A stretch of 64,000 bases of DNA from an uncultured Lachnospiraceae bacterium (GCA_949878435.1 CATLAK010000012.1:17123-81122); one strand, 5' to 3'. Shown: positions 43,800 through 54,588, counted from the stretch's first letter. A program made the numbers and translations. The notes: generated by a model not told the origin, from the letters alone.

Positions 43800-44621
43800 A
43801 TGAATATTGAAATTGCGAATCGATTGGTGAATTTGAGAAAGAGTAATAATCTATCTCAGGAGGCCTTGGCACAGAAGCTGGGAATCAGCAGGCAGGCGGT
43901 CAGTAAGTGGGAGAGGGCGGAAGCATCGCCCGATACGGATAATTTGATTCTGCTGGCGCGGCTTTACGGCGTTTCCTTGGATGAGCTTTTAAAGACGGAT
44001 GATGAGATTCCCAGACCATATGAAGAAGAACAGAATATGGAAGAAGAGCAGGAAAGTCGCGCTGCGAAGGAAGAGAATCCGGAATATGTGCATGTGGGCT
44101 TTCAAGGAGTACATGTAAAGGATCAAAACGGAGAGGTCCACGTAGGATGGGATGGCATTCACGTGGATGATAAGAAAAAGGGAGACAGCGTCCATATTGA
44201 CAAGCAGGGTGTCTATGTGAATGGAGAAAAACAGGATAAGAAATGGTTTTCCCATCATGCTCATTTCCCCATGCTCCTGGTCATCACGATTGCGTACATT
44301 GTAATAGGATGTGCTTATGGTGCATGGCATCCGGGATGGCTTTTGTTTTTGCTGGTCCCTATCTGGTATTCGCTGGTGGAGGCGATAGAGAGAAGGAATG
44401 CCCATTGTTTTGCCTATCCGGTGCTGGCAACGCTGGTGTATCTTTGCTTTGGCTTTTTTTGCTCTGCATGGCATCCCGCATGGGTGGTCTATTTGACAGT
44501 GCCGCTATATTATGCGCTGGTATCGTATTTTCAGGATTTAGCGGATGGGAAGAAAAAGAGGGATGATGATTCCCTGGATGGCGCTTCGGAAAGGACGGGT
44601 GAGGCAGATGAAGAACAATAA
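43800..44621 (+). CDS. XRE-family HTH regulator with C-terminal TM domain
   Basis: LSQEALAQKLGISRQAVSKWE; two WHPxW TM repeats. Confidence 0.88.
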   Translation: MNIEIANRLVNLRKSNNLSQEALAQKLGISRQAVSKWERAEASPDTDNLILLARLYGVSLDELLKTDDEIPRPYEEEQNMEEEQESRAAKEENPEYVHVGFQGVHVKDQNGEVHVGWDGIHVDDKKKGDSVHIDKQGVYVNGEKQDKKWFSHHAHFPMLLVITIAYIVIGCAYGAWHPGWLLFLLVPIWYSLVEAIERRNAHCFAYPVLATLVYLCFGFFCSAWHPAWVVYLTVPLYYALVSYFQDLADGKKKRDDDSLDGASERTGEADEEQ

Positions 44622-45585
44622 GGCTGCGCTGCTGTTAGGAGCCGCAGGGGTAATGGCCTCTGCTTTGCTGATCAGTGTGATGAGCGTCAGGAATGCGCCC
44701 CACAGGACGGGAATGGTGGTGTTTGCACTTGGAGGGAAGGCACAGCTTCGGAATACCATAGAGATTCCTATAGAAGAGCTGGATGGTCTGGTGATGGAAT
44801 ATGGAAGTAAGAATATAAAGGTTTATTTAACGCAGGATGATCATGTGACGATTAAGGAGTATCTGTACAGTGACAGCCCCAAAGCGACTGCGTCTGTATC
44901 TTATATGGAGAATAAGGAAGTAGTCGTGACAGGCGCCAAGATGCATTCCTTCGTTATTTTTGGATTCTGGAGGGAAGGCGAAAGGATTGAGGTGTATGTG
45001 CCGGAAGGAAGCCTTGCAAAACTTTCTCTGGAGACGGGAAGCGGCAATATCACATCCGAGGCTTCCTGTGTAAGGGAGGAGGGGAGTCTATTGCTCAAAG
45101 CAGGGAGCGGAAATATCAAGTGGAGTAATGTGGCGGCAGATTCTGTTTTCGTCGAGGCGGGAAGCGGAAATGTGAAGCTGGAGAACATTCAGGGGAATCT
45201 TCGGGTTGAGACGGGAAGCGGCAATATCACAGGAAACCAAATCGGAGGAGAGGTGAGAGCCCAGGCAGGGAGCGGAAACATTACGCTGAAAGGAATTTCC
45301 GGCAGCGGAAGCGCCCAGGCTGGCAGCGGGAATATACGGCTGGAAACAAGCGAGGTTACCGGAGATATTGATTTAACCACAGGCAGCGGAAATATTCACT
45401 TAGAACTGCCCCATGGACTGGGATTTCATTTTCAGGCACAGACCGGAAGCGGAAATATCAGCACGGATTTTGAAGATGCATTGTCCTATAATAATAAGGG
45501 AAATCATGCGGAAGGGGAAGTGGGGGAAGCACAGGTCAGCGTTCGGGTTCATGCGAACAGCGGGAATGTGCGGGTCTTAAATTAA
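44608..45585 (+). CDS. DUF4097 beta-strand repeat protein
   Basis: N-terminal anchor and about ten (T/A)GSGN(I/V) repeats; ATG 44608 with GAGG RBS. Confidence 0.85.
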   Translation: MKNNKAALLLGAAGVMASALLISVMSVRNAPHRTGMVVFALGGKAQLRNTIEIPIEELDGLVMEYGSKNIKVYLTQDDHVTIKEYLYSDSPKATASVSYMENKEVVVTGAKMHSFVIFGFWREGERIEVYVPEGSLAKLSLETGSGNITSEASCVREEGSLLLKAGSGNIKWSNVAADSVFVEAGSGNVKLENIQGNLRVETGSGNITGNQIGGEVRAQAGSGNITLKGISGSGSAQAGSGNIRLETSEVTGDIDLTTGSGNIHLELPHGLGFHFQAQTGSGNISTDFEDALSYNNKGNHAEGEVGEAQVSVRVHANSGNVRVLN

Positions 45586-45612
45586 GGAATTTTAATTCAA
45601 TCGACGAAAAAG

Positions 45613-45642
45613 CGAGGGAGAGCCGAGAGAGGCTCTCCCTCG
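45613..45642. terminator. Hairpin between convergent genes
   Basis: CGAGGGAGAGCC-GAGAGA-GGCTCTCCCTCG perfect 12-bp stem. Confidence 0.8.
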
Positions 45643-45664
45643 TTATCATGTTCGGTTTTGAAGG

Positions 45665-46522
45665 TCACATCATTTTTTCTGTAATAACCTGAGAGGTTTT
45701 CTTTTTATTTTCAAGTGCTTTTTCCCCTAGTCGCCGGTAGACCTCTGCATATAAAATATCAATCAAAAATAATTGGGAGGTTTTATTTGAGATAGAGCCG
45801 CCCTCCATAGGTCCTTCATTGGCGCCGCATGGCAGCAGGACATCTGAATAAGCGGAAGCGGGCGTTTTTAAGAACATAGTTGCAAATACAACGCGTGCTC
45901 CGTTAGAGTGGCATATTCTGGAAATCTCGATGCAGTCTTTTGTGATGCCTGAATTGCTGAAGATGATTGCAAGGTCCCGTTCCCCTAATAGTGCGGCCTG
46001 GGTTAATTGTATGTGGCTGTCGCTGTTGTATATAATATTAGGCATGATCTTCAAAAATTTATTTTTGGCTTCGTTGGCAGTCGTGCCAGAGCCTCCAAAG
46101 CCAAAAAAATGTACGCTTTCGGAAGAAAGGATATAATCCACTGTTTTTGATATAGCGCTGAAATTGAAAGAGCGAAATGCGCAGTCAAGGGCATTTTGAT
46201 AAATCTGGAGAATCTTTCTGGAAGTATCCTCACTGCCGGAAGAATCCAGAATATTAATGGTGTCCTTTGAGTGGGTGCTGTCGGGGGCGGAAGTGCTTAA
46301 GGCAAGAGAGAGCTTGAAATCCTGATATCCTTTTAAAGAAAGTGTTCTGCAAAAACGAAATACGCTTGTTTCGCCCACATCGCATATTTTTGCCAAATCA
46401 TTAATGGTTACGTGCAACAGAGCCTGGGGGTTAGAGAGCACAACATCAGCCACCTTTTTTTCTGCTTTTGTCATTTTTGAATAAGTGGCGGTAATTTCGT
46501 TCATTAGATTTGATGTTGCCAT
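45665..46522 (-). CDS. MurR/RpiR-family transcriptional regulator
   Basis: MTKAEKKVAD, SVFRFCRTL...GYQDFK, SIS domain FSNSG; divergent from the sugar operon. Confidence 0.92.
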   Translation of the reverse strand: MATSNLMNEITATYSKMTKAEKKVADVVLSNPQALLHVTINDLAKICDVGETSVFRFCRTLSLKGYQDFKLSLALSTSAPDSTHSKDTINILDSSGSEDTSRKILQIYQNALDCAFRSFNFSAISKTVDYILSSESVHFFGFGGSGTTANEAKNKFLKIMPNIIYNSDSHIQLTQAALLGERDLAIIFSNSGITKDCIEISRICHSNGARVVFATMFLKTPASAYSDVLLPCGANEGPMEGGSISNKTSQLFLIDILYAEVYRRLGEKALENKKKTSQVITEKMM

Positions 46523-46712
46523 AAAAATCTCCCTATATAAAAACCCTTTTTATTAATTTTACCACAAATAATTATTTGTTCAATGAAAAAGAATAAAAAG
46601 GAATCATAAAATATAGCAATATATCGTGGAAAATAATGGTAAGAATATAAGAAAGGAAAAAATTTTTTTTATTACAAATGAAAATATTGGCATAAATGCT
46701 TAAAAATATCGC

Positions 46713-46793
46713 TTGACACTACAAAAAGTTGGTGGTAATGTTTATATATCACAAAAAAGAAAAAAGGAAAATTGAAATAAAAGAAAAATTTTC
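46713..46793 (+). promoter_or_regulatory. Promoter and possible RpiR operator of the sugar operon
   Basis: TTGACA-17bp-TAATGT with extended TG; GAAAAATTTTC near-palindrome at 46783-46793. Confidence 0.5.
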
Positions 46794-46820
46794 CTAAATT
46801 AAAAAGGAGGAAAGGACATT

Positions 46821-47759
46821 ATGAAACCGAAAGAACTGAGAGAGCATCTGAAAGGGATTACTGCAATAAGTATTACTCCCTTTAAGGAAAACGGAGATTT
46901 TGATGCGGCAGGATATGAAAAGAATCTTAAGTTCTTGCTTAAGGGCGGGCTGAATCAGTCTAATTCTGTAATTGTAATCTGCGGAAGTACAGGTGAATGC
47001 GGTGCCATGGCGGCTGGAGAAAGAAAAATGATTTTGGAAATGGTCGTGGATACAATCGGAGATTCCATACCAATCATTCAAGGGTGCAACAGTACGAATG
47101 TGAACGAGTCGATTGAGCTTGCACAGCATGCACAGGAGCATGGGGCTGCCGGAGTGATGGCACTGTCACCGTATTATTATCCGGCAAAGGATGAAAACTG
47201 CATCTATGCATTTTATGAGAAACTGGCAGGAAATACGGATTTAGGAATCCTTTTGTATAACAACTTTGAGGTTATGAACGTAGACTGTCCCATCTCTGTA
47301 CTTAAGCGTTTGAAAGAAATTCCCAACGTTGTGGGAATGAAGGAGTGTACGCCTGCATTTTTTAAGATGACAAGAGTGGTGCAGGAAATTGGAGATAAGG
47401 TGTCGGTAGTGAATGGACATGGGGAATTTTTGGAGCCGTATGCAGCGCTGGCAGGAACGGCGGGATTTATTTCAAGTATGTGTAACATCGCACCGGAACG
47501 AAGCGTTGCAATCTGGAATGCCCGTTCTACAGGCGATTATGAAGAAGCGAAGAGAATCCGTGATACCATGCTTCCGTATATGGACCTGGCGGTGAAATAT
47601 TCCGGTATGGGAGGCGAGTACAAGGTGATTGCCTTGTTGAAATACATGGCGGATCTGGCAGGCTCATGCGGAGGATATACGAGGATCCCAACGGTTCCTC
47701 TAACGGATGATGAAAAGACAGAGGCGCGCAAGGTGGCAAAGGAGATTGGGATTATTTAA
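46821..47759 (+). CDS. DapA/NanA-family class I aldolase (divergent N-acetylneuraminate-lyase-like)
   Basis: ITPF, GSTGE, PYY, LLYN, GMKE (Schiff-base Lys). Confidence 0.85.
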   Translation: MKPKELREHLKGITAISITPFKENGDFDAAGYEKNLKFLLKGGLNQSNSVIVICGSTGECGAMAAGERKMILEMVVDTIGDSIPIIQGCNSTNVNESIELAQHAQEHGAAGVMALSPYYYPAKDENCIYAFYEKLAGNTDLGILLYNNFEVMNVDCPISVLKRLKEIPNVVGMKECTPAFFKMTRVVQEIGDKVSVVNGHGEFLEPYAALAGTAGFISSMCNIAPERSVAIWNARSTGDYEEAKRIRDTMLPYMDLAVKYSGMGGEYKVIALLKYMADLAGSCGGYTRIPTVPLTDDEKTEARKVAKEIGII

Positions 47760-47773
47760 AGGAGGAGAAGCGT

Positions 47774-49108
47774 ATGAAGAATTGGAAACGAAAAGTGGGG
47801 CTTTTGCTTTGCTTATGTATGGCATTGGGATTAGTGGCAGGATGCAGTTCTAAGGAAGAGGGAAAGGAAGAGGCAGGGACGCAGACAGAGATAAAGACGG
47901 AGTCGGAGACAAAGACAGAAGCACAGGACGATGGAGAAATCGTTACGCTGACATTTATGAGGACAGGAACTCCGGAAGTCCTGCGGGAGATTTTTGACCC
48001 GATTATTGCATCGTTTGAAGAAGAGCACCCGAATATCAAGATCGATATGCAGGATCTGGGGTGGTCGGACGCAGAGAAAACAATGCAGATCATGGCATCT
48101 TCGCAGACACTGCCCGATGTTATGTATCATCTTCCGGCAACCATATTTGACCTGGCGGATAAGGGATTGATAGAGGATCTGACACCATATCTCGACGATG
48201 AATTAAAGGAAGATATGTATGCCTCCTTGCTTGAAGCAGGAGTATATGATGGCAGGCAGTATATGATTACCTGCGGCGGCACGACGCTGCTGTATTGGTA
48301 TAATACGGAACTTTTTGAGCAGGCAGGGCTTGATCCGGATAATCCACCTTCAACATGGGAAGAATTTTTAGAAGCGGCAAAAGCAATCGATGAAAACACA
48401 GACGCGGCAGGACTGGCGATGTATGGAAGTTCGGCAGGCGGAGAAACATCCTTCTTTTTTGAATCTCTGTTTGCAAGTGAAATCGGCGGTGAAACATGGA
48501 ACGGAGAAAGGTATACCTATGAGCTTGAAGAGAATAGGGAAGCCGCGATCAATACATTGAATTTTATAAAGGATCTGACACAGTATTCTCAGGGCAGCGT
48601 GGAAGAGTTTGGACGTTTCGACACAAGAACGCTGCTCAGGGACGGCAATGTGGGCATGGCACTTGATGCAATCAATATGCAGAACCAGATTCAGGACGGA
48701 TTGGACAGCGGAAAATTCAGGGTGGCTCAGCTTCCGGCTGGAAACAGCGGAAAACAGATATCGGCGGTAAACGCGGGGGGATTTTTTATTCCCACAAACA
48801 GCGAGCATAAAGAAGAGGCATGGACATTCCTCCGGTATCTTATGAATACGGAAAATCAGAAAGCACATAGCACGTATGGTTCCATTCCAGTACTTCAGTC
48901 CGAGGCAGCGGAGTATGCGGGAAATGCATATTATGAAACGGTCATTCAATCTGTAAATGACAGTGTGCCGGAGGGAATTACTCCTAAGACAAATTCGTTA
49001 TGGCAGGTGACAGGAGAACAATTGCAGCTTCTGATGATGGGCAATCAGGATGCAGAGACAACATTGGATCATATCATAGCAGGACATCAGGAAGTTTACG
49101 AAGAATAG
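47774..49108 (+). CDS. Carbohydrate ABC transporter substrate-binding lipoprotein
   Basis: Lipobox VAGC, YNTELFEQAGL, PSTWEE. Confidence 0.92.
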   Translation: MKNWKRKVGLLLCLCMALGLVAGCSSKEEGKEEAGTQTEIKTESETKTEAQDDGEIVTLTFMRTGTPEVLREIFDPIIASFEEEHPNIKIDMQDLGWSDAEKTMQIMASSQTLPDVMYHLPATIFDLADKGLIEDLTPYLDDELKEDMYASLLEAGVYDGRQYMITCGGTTLLYWYNTELFEQAGLDPDNPPSTWEEFLEAAKAIDENTDAAGLAMYGSSAGGETSFFFESLFASEIGGETWNGERYTYELEENREAAINTLNFIKDLTQYSQGSVEEFGRFDTRTLLRDGNVGMALDAINMQNQIQDGLDSGKFRVAQLPAGNSGKQISAVNAGGFFIPTNSEHKEEAWTFLRYLMNTENQKAHSTYGSIPVLQSEAAEYAGNAYYETVIQSVNDSVPEGITPKTNSLWQVTGEQLQLLMMGNQDAETTLDHIIAGHQEVYEE

Positions 49109-49187
49109 AATGGGAGAAGGGTGTCTGTAGAGCCGGGGCTTGCGGATATCCTTCTTTTCTTTTTTAAGAATCATAGGGAGAAGAAAA

Positions 49188-50063
49188 ATGGGGAAAAAAG
49201 GGACACATAAAATAGAGCCATATTTGTTTATTTTGCCAACCGTTATTTTGCTTGTTTTCATTCTGGGCATTCCATTGGTAAATGTTGTTAGGTTTTCTCT
49301 CGGAAAATCTAACATTATTGAAGGGTTTATCAAATGGAATTCTTTTGGCAATTTTCGGTATCTTGCAAGCTCTAAATTTTTAAAATCATTGGGGGTTACA
49401 GGGATTTATGTGGTGTTTGGCGTGACAGGGACGGTTATTTTTGGTACTTTGGCTGCGCTTGCCTTGAATAAACCGATGCCGCTGCGCGGATTGTTCCGGT
49501 CGATCGCAATTATTCCCTGGATTGTGCCGGATGCATTTGCGGCGTCGATGTGGAAATGGGTGTTAAATTCACAGTATGGATTTATCAACCAGCTGTTAAT
49601 GAAGCTGAATCTGATTTCACAGCCGATTAGTTTTTTGGGGGACGGAAATGCTTTGTGGACGGTGATCGTGGTCAGGATTTGGAAGGCGGCTCCGTTTATG
49701 ATCATATCATTAATTGCCGCATTGCAGGTAATTCCATTGGACATTGAAGAAGCGGCGGATTTAGACGGCGCTTCGGCAATTCAAAGATTTCGGTATATTA
49801 CGCTTCCTTATTTGAAACCAGTGCTTATAACCACAACGTTAATTGTAACGGCGTGGACGTTTCAGATTTTTGATACGGTATATATCATGACGGCAGGAGG
49901 ACCGGCAAGGCAGACGCAGCTTGTGGCGCTGGAAATCTATAATAAAGCATTTTTGGATTATGATTTGGGAACATCCTGTGCGATTGCGCTTGTAGTTCTT
50001 TTGATTGTGGGAATGATTGGATTCTTCAAGTTTAAAAGGGAAGGGAAGGTGGAGGACATTTGA
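49188..50063 (+). CDS. Carbohydrate ABC permease
   Basis: EAADLDGA...FRYITLP EAA loop; ATG 49188 with GGGAG RBS. Confidence 0.92.
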   Translation: MGKKGTHKIEPYLFILPTVILLVFILGIPLVNVVRFSLGKSNIIEGFIKWNSFGNFRYLASSKFLKSLGVTGIYVVFGVTGTVIFGTLAALALNKPMPLRGLFRSIAIIPWIVPDAFAASMWKWVLNSQYGFINQLLMKLNLISQPISFLGDGNALWTVIVVRIWKAAPFMIISLIAALQVIPLDIEEAADLDGASAIQRFRYITLPYLKPVLITTTLIVTAWTFQIFDTVYIMTAGGPARQTQLVALEIYNKAFLDYDLGTSCAIALVVLLIVGMIGFFKFKREGKVEDI

Positions 50064-50887
50064 GCAGAAAGACAAAAAGAAAGCTGGTTCTGACCGGAAG
50101 AATGATCTTTGCAATATTTTGGAGTGCGTTTACGCTGATACCCATCTATACAGCATTTGTGACATCGCTTACCAAATATGAAAATATCGGAAAAAGTTTC
50201 CTTTGGCCTACAGATGGATATTTTCAAAATTATATCGATATCTGGACCAGGATCGATCTGCTGGGATATTTTAAAGCGACGATTATCTATGCGGTGGGAA
50301 CGTCTCTGATCAATGTGTTATTGGCGACCTTTGCCGCTTACGCACTTTCCAGATACCGGTTCAAAGGAAAAGTGTTTTATTCCTTTATCATTTTTATCAC
50401 ACAGGTGCTGCCGCAGGTGGTTATTTCAATTCCGGTGTTTATGATCTTAAATAAGATTCATTTGTATGATACGTATATCGGTGTGATTCTTGCAATCCTG
50501 GCGACCTCGATGGCATTTCCAATCTTGCTGCTTCAAAGCTTTTTTGACGGAATCCCAGTAGCATTAGAGGAAGCGGCGGCAATTGACGGATGTTCGCGGA
50601 TCGGGTGTCTATTTAGGATCGTGCTCCCGCTGTCGGCGCCGGGAATCGCGACCACGTTTGCATTATCATTTTTTACAGGCTGGGGGCAGTATTTATATCC
50701 GCTGATATTGACAAGAAGTGCGGATAAGACACCGCTCACAGTAGGAATTGCAAGGATGATCGACAATCAGACACCGTGGGAGATGGTAATGGTCGGAACG
50801 CTCCTGGCAATTATACCGGCGATTGTTATTTATTTATGTGCGCAGAAGTACTTGGTGCGGGGCATGACCGCAGGGGCAGTTAAATAA
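50060..50887 (+). CDS. Carbohydrate ABC permease
   Basis: LEEAAAIDGC, GMTAGAVK terminus. Confidence 0.92.
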   Translation: MSRKTKRKLVLTGRMIFAIFWSAFTLIPIYTAFVTSLTKYENIGKSFLWPTDGYFQNYIDIWTRIDLLGYFKATIIYAVGTSLINVLLATFAAYALSRYRFKGKVFYSFIIFITQVLPQVVISIPVFMILNKIHLYDTYIGVILAILATSMAFPILLLQSFFDGIPVALEEAAAIDGCSRIGCLFRIVLPLSAPGIATTFALSFFTGWGQYLYPLILTRSADKTPLTVGIARMIDNQTPWEMVMVGTLLAIIPAIVIYLCAQKYLVRGMTAGAVK

Positions 50888-50891
50888 AGGA

Positions 50892-51956
50892 ATGAAAGAG
50901 GAGGAATTTTTTATGCTGCAGGAGTTAAAAGCAGGTGTTGGCAGATTTGTTGTGGGCGCCGGTGCAATCAAGCGATTAAAAAGTGAAATGGCGTATTTTG
51001 GAGAAAAAGCATTCATTATTGGAGGTCCCTCTTCGGTGGACAGGGTGGAGTCAAAGGTAGATTTGACACAGATGGGAATTGTATACCGTCATGAAGGGGC
51101 GTGCTCGAAAAGGTGGGCAGAAGAATATAGCCGGATTTTGAAAAGAGAACAATGCGCGTTGGTAATCGGGATTGGAGGCGGGAAATGTATTGACTTGGCA
51201 AAATGCATTGCAACCTATGCGGATTGCCCGATTATTACGGTGCCGACCAGCGTTGCTACTTGTGTGGCAAGTTCGGCGGTATGCATTATGTATACGGATG
51301 AAGGCAGGGCAGATGGATCTGTTGCCATGAACAGAGAAGTGGATGTCGTGATTGCAGATACGGAGCTGATCCGTTCTGCTCCAAAGCGCCTGTGGGGAGC
51401 AGGCATGGTGGACTCGCTCGCGAAGCTGCCGGAAGTGATTCACAATTTAAAAATCAAGTCTTATAAGGACTGTGATTTGAATAAGTATATCTGTTTTGTC
51501 AATGCTAAGGCAATTTGGGAATTTATCTTAGGAGAAGGCTGTGCGCTGGCAGATGAAATAAATACATCGGACAGGGTGGATGATATGATTGTCACGAATT
51601 TGATACATACCTCTATTGTGAGCGGTTTTTCTTCCGGCAGCGGACAGCTTGCGCTCGCCCATGGACTGTATGACTTTATGCGGAGAGAATTTGTAGAGGA
51701 AGCCAGAGATATTTTACATGGCGAAATCGTAGGAGTTGGTCTGATCATGCAGATGCATTATAACGGGGATGATGCGTGTGAAATAAAAAGGTTGATGGAT
51801 TTTATGAAATATTTTGAAATGCCCATGACGCTGGCAGACATTTACTTTCAGAATACGGCCGAAAACAGGCAGAAGCTGATTGATTACCTGAAAGAAAAGA
51901 CGGAGATTGAGGATGATAACCGGCTCATGACTGCACTGGATAAAATAGGAGGATAA
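50892..51956 (+). CDS. Glycerol-dehydrogenase-like metal-dependent polyol dehydrogenase
   Basis: GIGGGKCIDLAK, VPTS, AHGLY, LHGEIVG. Confidence 0.85.
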   Translation: MKEEEFFMLQELKAGVGRFVVGAGAIKRLKSEMAYFGEKAFIIGGPSSVDRVESKVDLTQMGIVYRHEGACSKRWAEEYSRILKREQCALVIGIGGGKCIDLAKCIATYADCPIITVPTSVATCVASSAVCIMYTDEGRADGSVAMNREVDVVIADTELIRSAPKRLWGAGMVDSLAKLPEVIHNLKIKSYKDCDLNKYICFVNAKAIWEFILGEGCALADEINTSDRVDDMIVTNLIHTSIVSGFSSGSGQLALAHGLYDFMRREFVEEARDILHGEIVGVGLIMQMHYNGDDACEIKRLMDFMKYFEMPMTLADIYFQNTAENRQKLIDYLKEKTEIEDDNRLMTALDKIGG

Positions 51957-51958
51957 AA

Positions 51959-52918
51959 ATGGGCGTATTTGACTTACCGCTGGAAGAATTAAAAGAATAC
52001 AAGGGAATTTCCCCATGTCCGGCAGATTTTGATGAGTTTTGGAACCGTTCCGTAAAAGAAGTAAAGGAACTGGACTATCAGGTGGAGTTGAAAAAAGGCT
52101 GTTTTCAGACAGATTATGCAGAGTGCAGTGATCTTTATTTTACCGGCGTCGGCGGAGCAAGGATTCATGCGAAGTATTTAAAACCTGTAAAGGTCAAAGA
52201 ACCGCATCCGGCGGTGCTCTTCTTCCACGGGTACAGCGGGGATTCGGGAACATGGATGGAAAAGCTGGGATATGTTGCGAATGGGTTTTCCGTATTTGCA
52301 TTGGATTGCCGGGGGCAGGGCGGCAGATCGCAGGATATCGGGGGCGTGACGGGTGTCACGTGGTCTGGGCAGATCATGCGGGGAATGGAGGACGGTCCGG
52401 AATATTTGCTGTTTCGTCAGATTTTTTTGGATGTGGTGGCACTCGCGGAGATTGCGATGGGGATGCCCGACGTAGATGAAAACCGTATCGGCGTGTTTGG
52501 AAGGTCACAGGGAGGGGCGCTCACCATTGTATGCGGGGCGCTGGTGCCGAATGTAAAGAAAATTGCGCCATTATATCCATTTCTTGCGGATTATAAAAGA
52601 GTCTGGCAGATGGATCTGGCAAAGACAGCATATGAGGATATTACATATTACTTTCGGAAGTTCGATCCATGCCATGAGAGGGAGGATGAAATTTTTAGAA
52701 ATCTGGGATATATTGATGTACAAAATTTTGCAAAGCGCATAAAAGCCGAAGTCATGATGGGAACTGCGCTTATGGATACAACGTGCCCGCCATCGTCCCA
52801 ATTTGCAGTTTATAACAAGATACGTTCCCCAAAGAGGATGATACTTTATCCGGATTACATCCATGAGCCAATCGATGATTTTTCGGATAAAACGTTTCAG
52901 TTTATGAAGACACTGTAA
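51959..52918 (+). CDS. CE7 / AXE1-family acetyl esterase
   Basis: RGQ, GRSQGG, D.TCPPS, HE motifs. Confidence 0.9.
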   Translation: MGVFDLPLEELKEYKGISPCPADFDEFWNRSVKEVKELDYQVELKKGCFQTDYAECSDLYFTGVGGARIHAKYLKPVKVKEPHPAVLFFHGYSGDSGTWMEKLGYVANGFSVFALDCRGQGGRSQDIGGVTGVTWSGQIMRGMEDGPEYLLFRQIFLDVVALAEIAMGMPDVDENRIGVFGRSQGGALTIVCGALVPNVKKIAPLYPFLADYKRVWQMDLAKTAYEDITYYFRKFDPCHEREDEIFRNLGYIDVQNFAKRIKAEVMMGTALMDTTCPPSSQFAVYNKIRSPKRMILYPDYIHEPIDDFSDKTFQFMKTL

Positions 52919-52931
52919 AGGAGGTCGGTTT

Positions 52932-53645
52932 ATGAATAGCAAGGTCTTAGAGCAATTAAAGGGAGGCTTGATTGTATCGTGCCAGGCGCTGGAATATGAA
53001 CCGCTGCACAGTTCCTATATTATGCAGCGGATGGCGGTTGCGGCAATGCAGGGAGGCGCCGTGGGAATCCGCGCAAACAGCGTACAGGATATATTAAAGA
53101 TTAAAGAGGAAGTAGATCTTCCGGTAATCGGAATCATTAAGAAGGATTATCCGGATTCTGAGATTTACATTACTCCAACAATGGACGAGGTGGATGCGCT
53201 TGTGGAAAGCGGCGCGGAGATCATTGCGATGGACAGCACAAAACGTCTCCGGCCCGGCGGCGTAAAGCTGGATGCATTTTTTAAGGCGGTAAAGGAAAAA
53301 TATCCGCAGCAGCTTTTTATGGCGGACTGTTCTGATTACGAAGAAGGAATGGAGGCGGCAAAGCTGGGGTTCGACGTGATTGGCACAACGCTGCGGAGGT
53401 ATACTTCTTATACAAAGGACGTGCAGATTCCTGATTACGAATATCTGCAGAAGCTGGTGCGGGACACGGGAAAGGCAGTGATAGCAGAGGGCGGTATCTG
53501 GACGCCGGAGCAGCTGGAAAAAGCACTAGAAGCCGGTGCTTTTGCCGCTGTGGTTGGAACTGCAATTACACGTCCCTGTGAAATAACGAAACATTTTGTT
53601 TCAGTAATAAAAAAGGAGGCAGTCTGTGGGAGGGATGAGGAATAG
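52932..53645 (+). CDS. nanE: N-acetylmannosamine-6-phosphate 2-epimerase
   Basis: LIVSCQA, GIRAN, PVIGIIK, YITPT, IAEG, VVGTAITRP. Confidence 0.95.
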   Translation: MNSKVLEQLKGGLIVSCQALEYEPLHSSYIMQRMAVAAMQGGAVGIRANSVQDILKIKEEVDLPVIGIIKKDYPDSEIYITPTMDEVDALVESGAEIIAMDSTKRLRPGGVKLDAFFKAVKEKYPQQLFMADCSDYEEGMEAAKLGFDVIGTTLRRYTSYTKDVQIPDYEYLQKLVRDTGKAVIAEGGIWTPEQLEKALEAGAFAAVVGTAITRPCEITKHFVSVIKKEAVCGRDEE

Positions 53646-54588
53646 TGCACGTCTCGCGGTATTAGATATCGGGGGGACTTCTATTAAGTCTGGCGTGTAT
53701 GAAAACGGCAGGATGCTGCAATTTAAGGAAACGCCGACACAGGCATCGAAGGGCGGCGCATTTGTAGTGAATCGGGCGCTTGCAATCGTACATGGAATGG
53801 GAGATATCGATGGAATCGGAATCAGTACTGCCGGGCAGGTGGACTTTGAAAATGGGAAAATACGTCATGCAAATGCAAATATACCGGATTATACGGGGAC
53901 TGAACTGCGAAGAATATTTGAAAAGGAATTTCATGTACCTGCCATAATCGAGAATGACGTCAATGCTGCGGCATTGGGGGAAGGACATTATGGTGCGGCA
54001 AGGGGCGTAAAAGATTTTCTCTGCCTTACGTATGGAACAGGAGTGGGCGGCGCTATTGTGATCGGCGGAAAGATTTATAGAGGAGCAGGCGGATCGGCGG
54101 GAGAATTTGGAAGTATGGTGATCCACGGAAAACAGGTAATCCCAGGAGAGAGAATCAGCGGATGCTATGAAGAACAGGCGTCTACGGCTGCGCTGGTCCG
54201 TAGGGTAAAGGCAATTATGCCTGAAATAACGGACGGCAGGCAGATTTTTGAAAAGATAGAGGAACCGGCTGTGAAGAAAGTGGTAGATAGCTGGATGGAT
54301 GAAATCGCATATGGACTGGTGACATTGATTCACATCTTTCATCCGGTATGCGTACTGCTCGGCGGCGGGGTGATGGGACAGGAATATGTTGCACTGTCTG
54401 TCAGAAACCGGGTAATGGAAAAGATCATGCCGAGCTTTCGGGACGTACAGATCCGTACCACAGCGCTTGGCAACAAAGCCGGGCTGTGGGGCGCGGCGTA
54501 TCTTGCGGAGCAGTACACGAAAAACAAGGAGGAAGGGTATGAAGATTCTAGTTTGCATCAAACAGGTTCCCGGAACCACTGCCGTTGA
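53626..54588 (+). CDS. ROK-family sugar kinase (NanK-like)
   Basis: LDIGGT, ENDVNAAALGE, GTGVGG, GEFG; follows nanE. Confidence 0.9.
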   Translation: MGGMRNSARLAVLDIGGTSIKSGVYENGRMLQFKETPTQASKGGAFVVNRALAIVHGMGDIDGIGISTAGQVDFENGKIRHANANIPDYTGTELRRIFEKEFHVPAIIENDVNAAALGEGHYGAARGVKDFLCLTYGTGVGGAIVIGGKIYRGAGGSAGEFGSMVIHGKQVIPGERISGCYEEQASTAALVRRVKAIMPEITDGRQIFEKIEEPAVKKVVDSWMDEIAYGLVTLIHIFHPVCVLLGGGVMGQEYVALSVRNRVMEKIMPSFRDVQIRTTALGNKAGLWGAAYLAEQYTKNKEEGYEDSSLHQTGSRNHCR

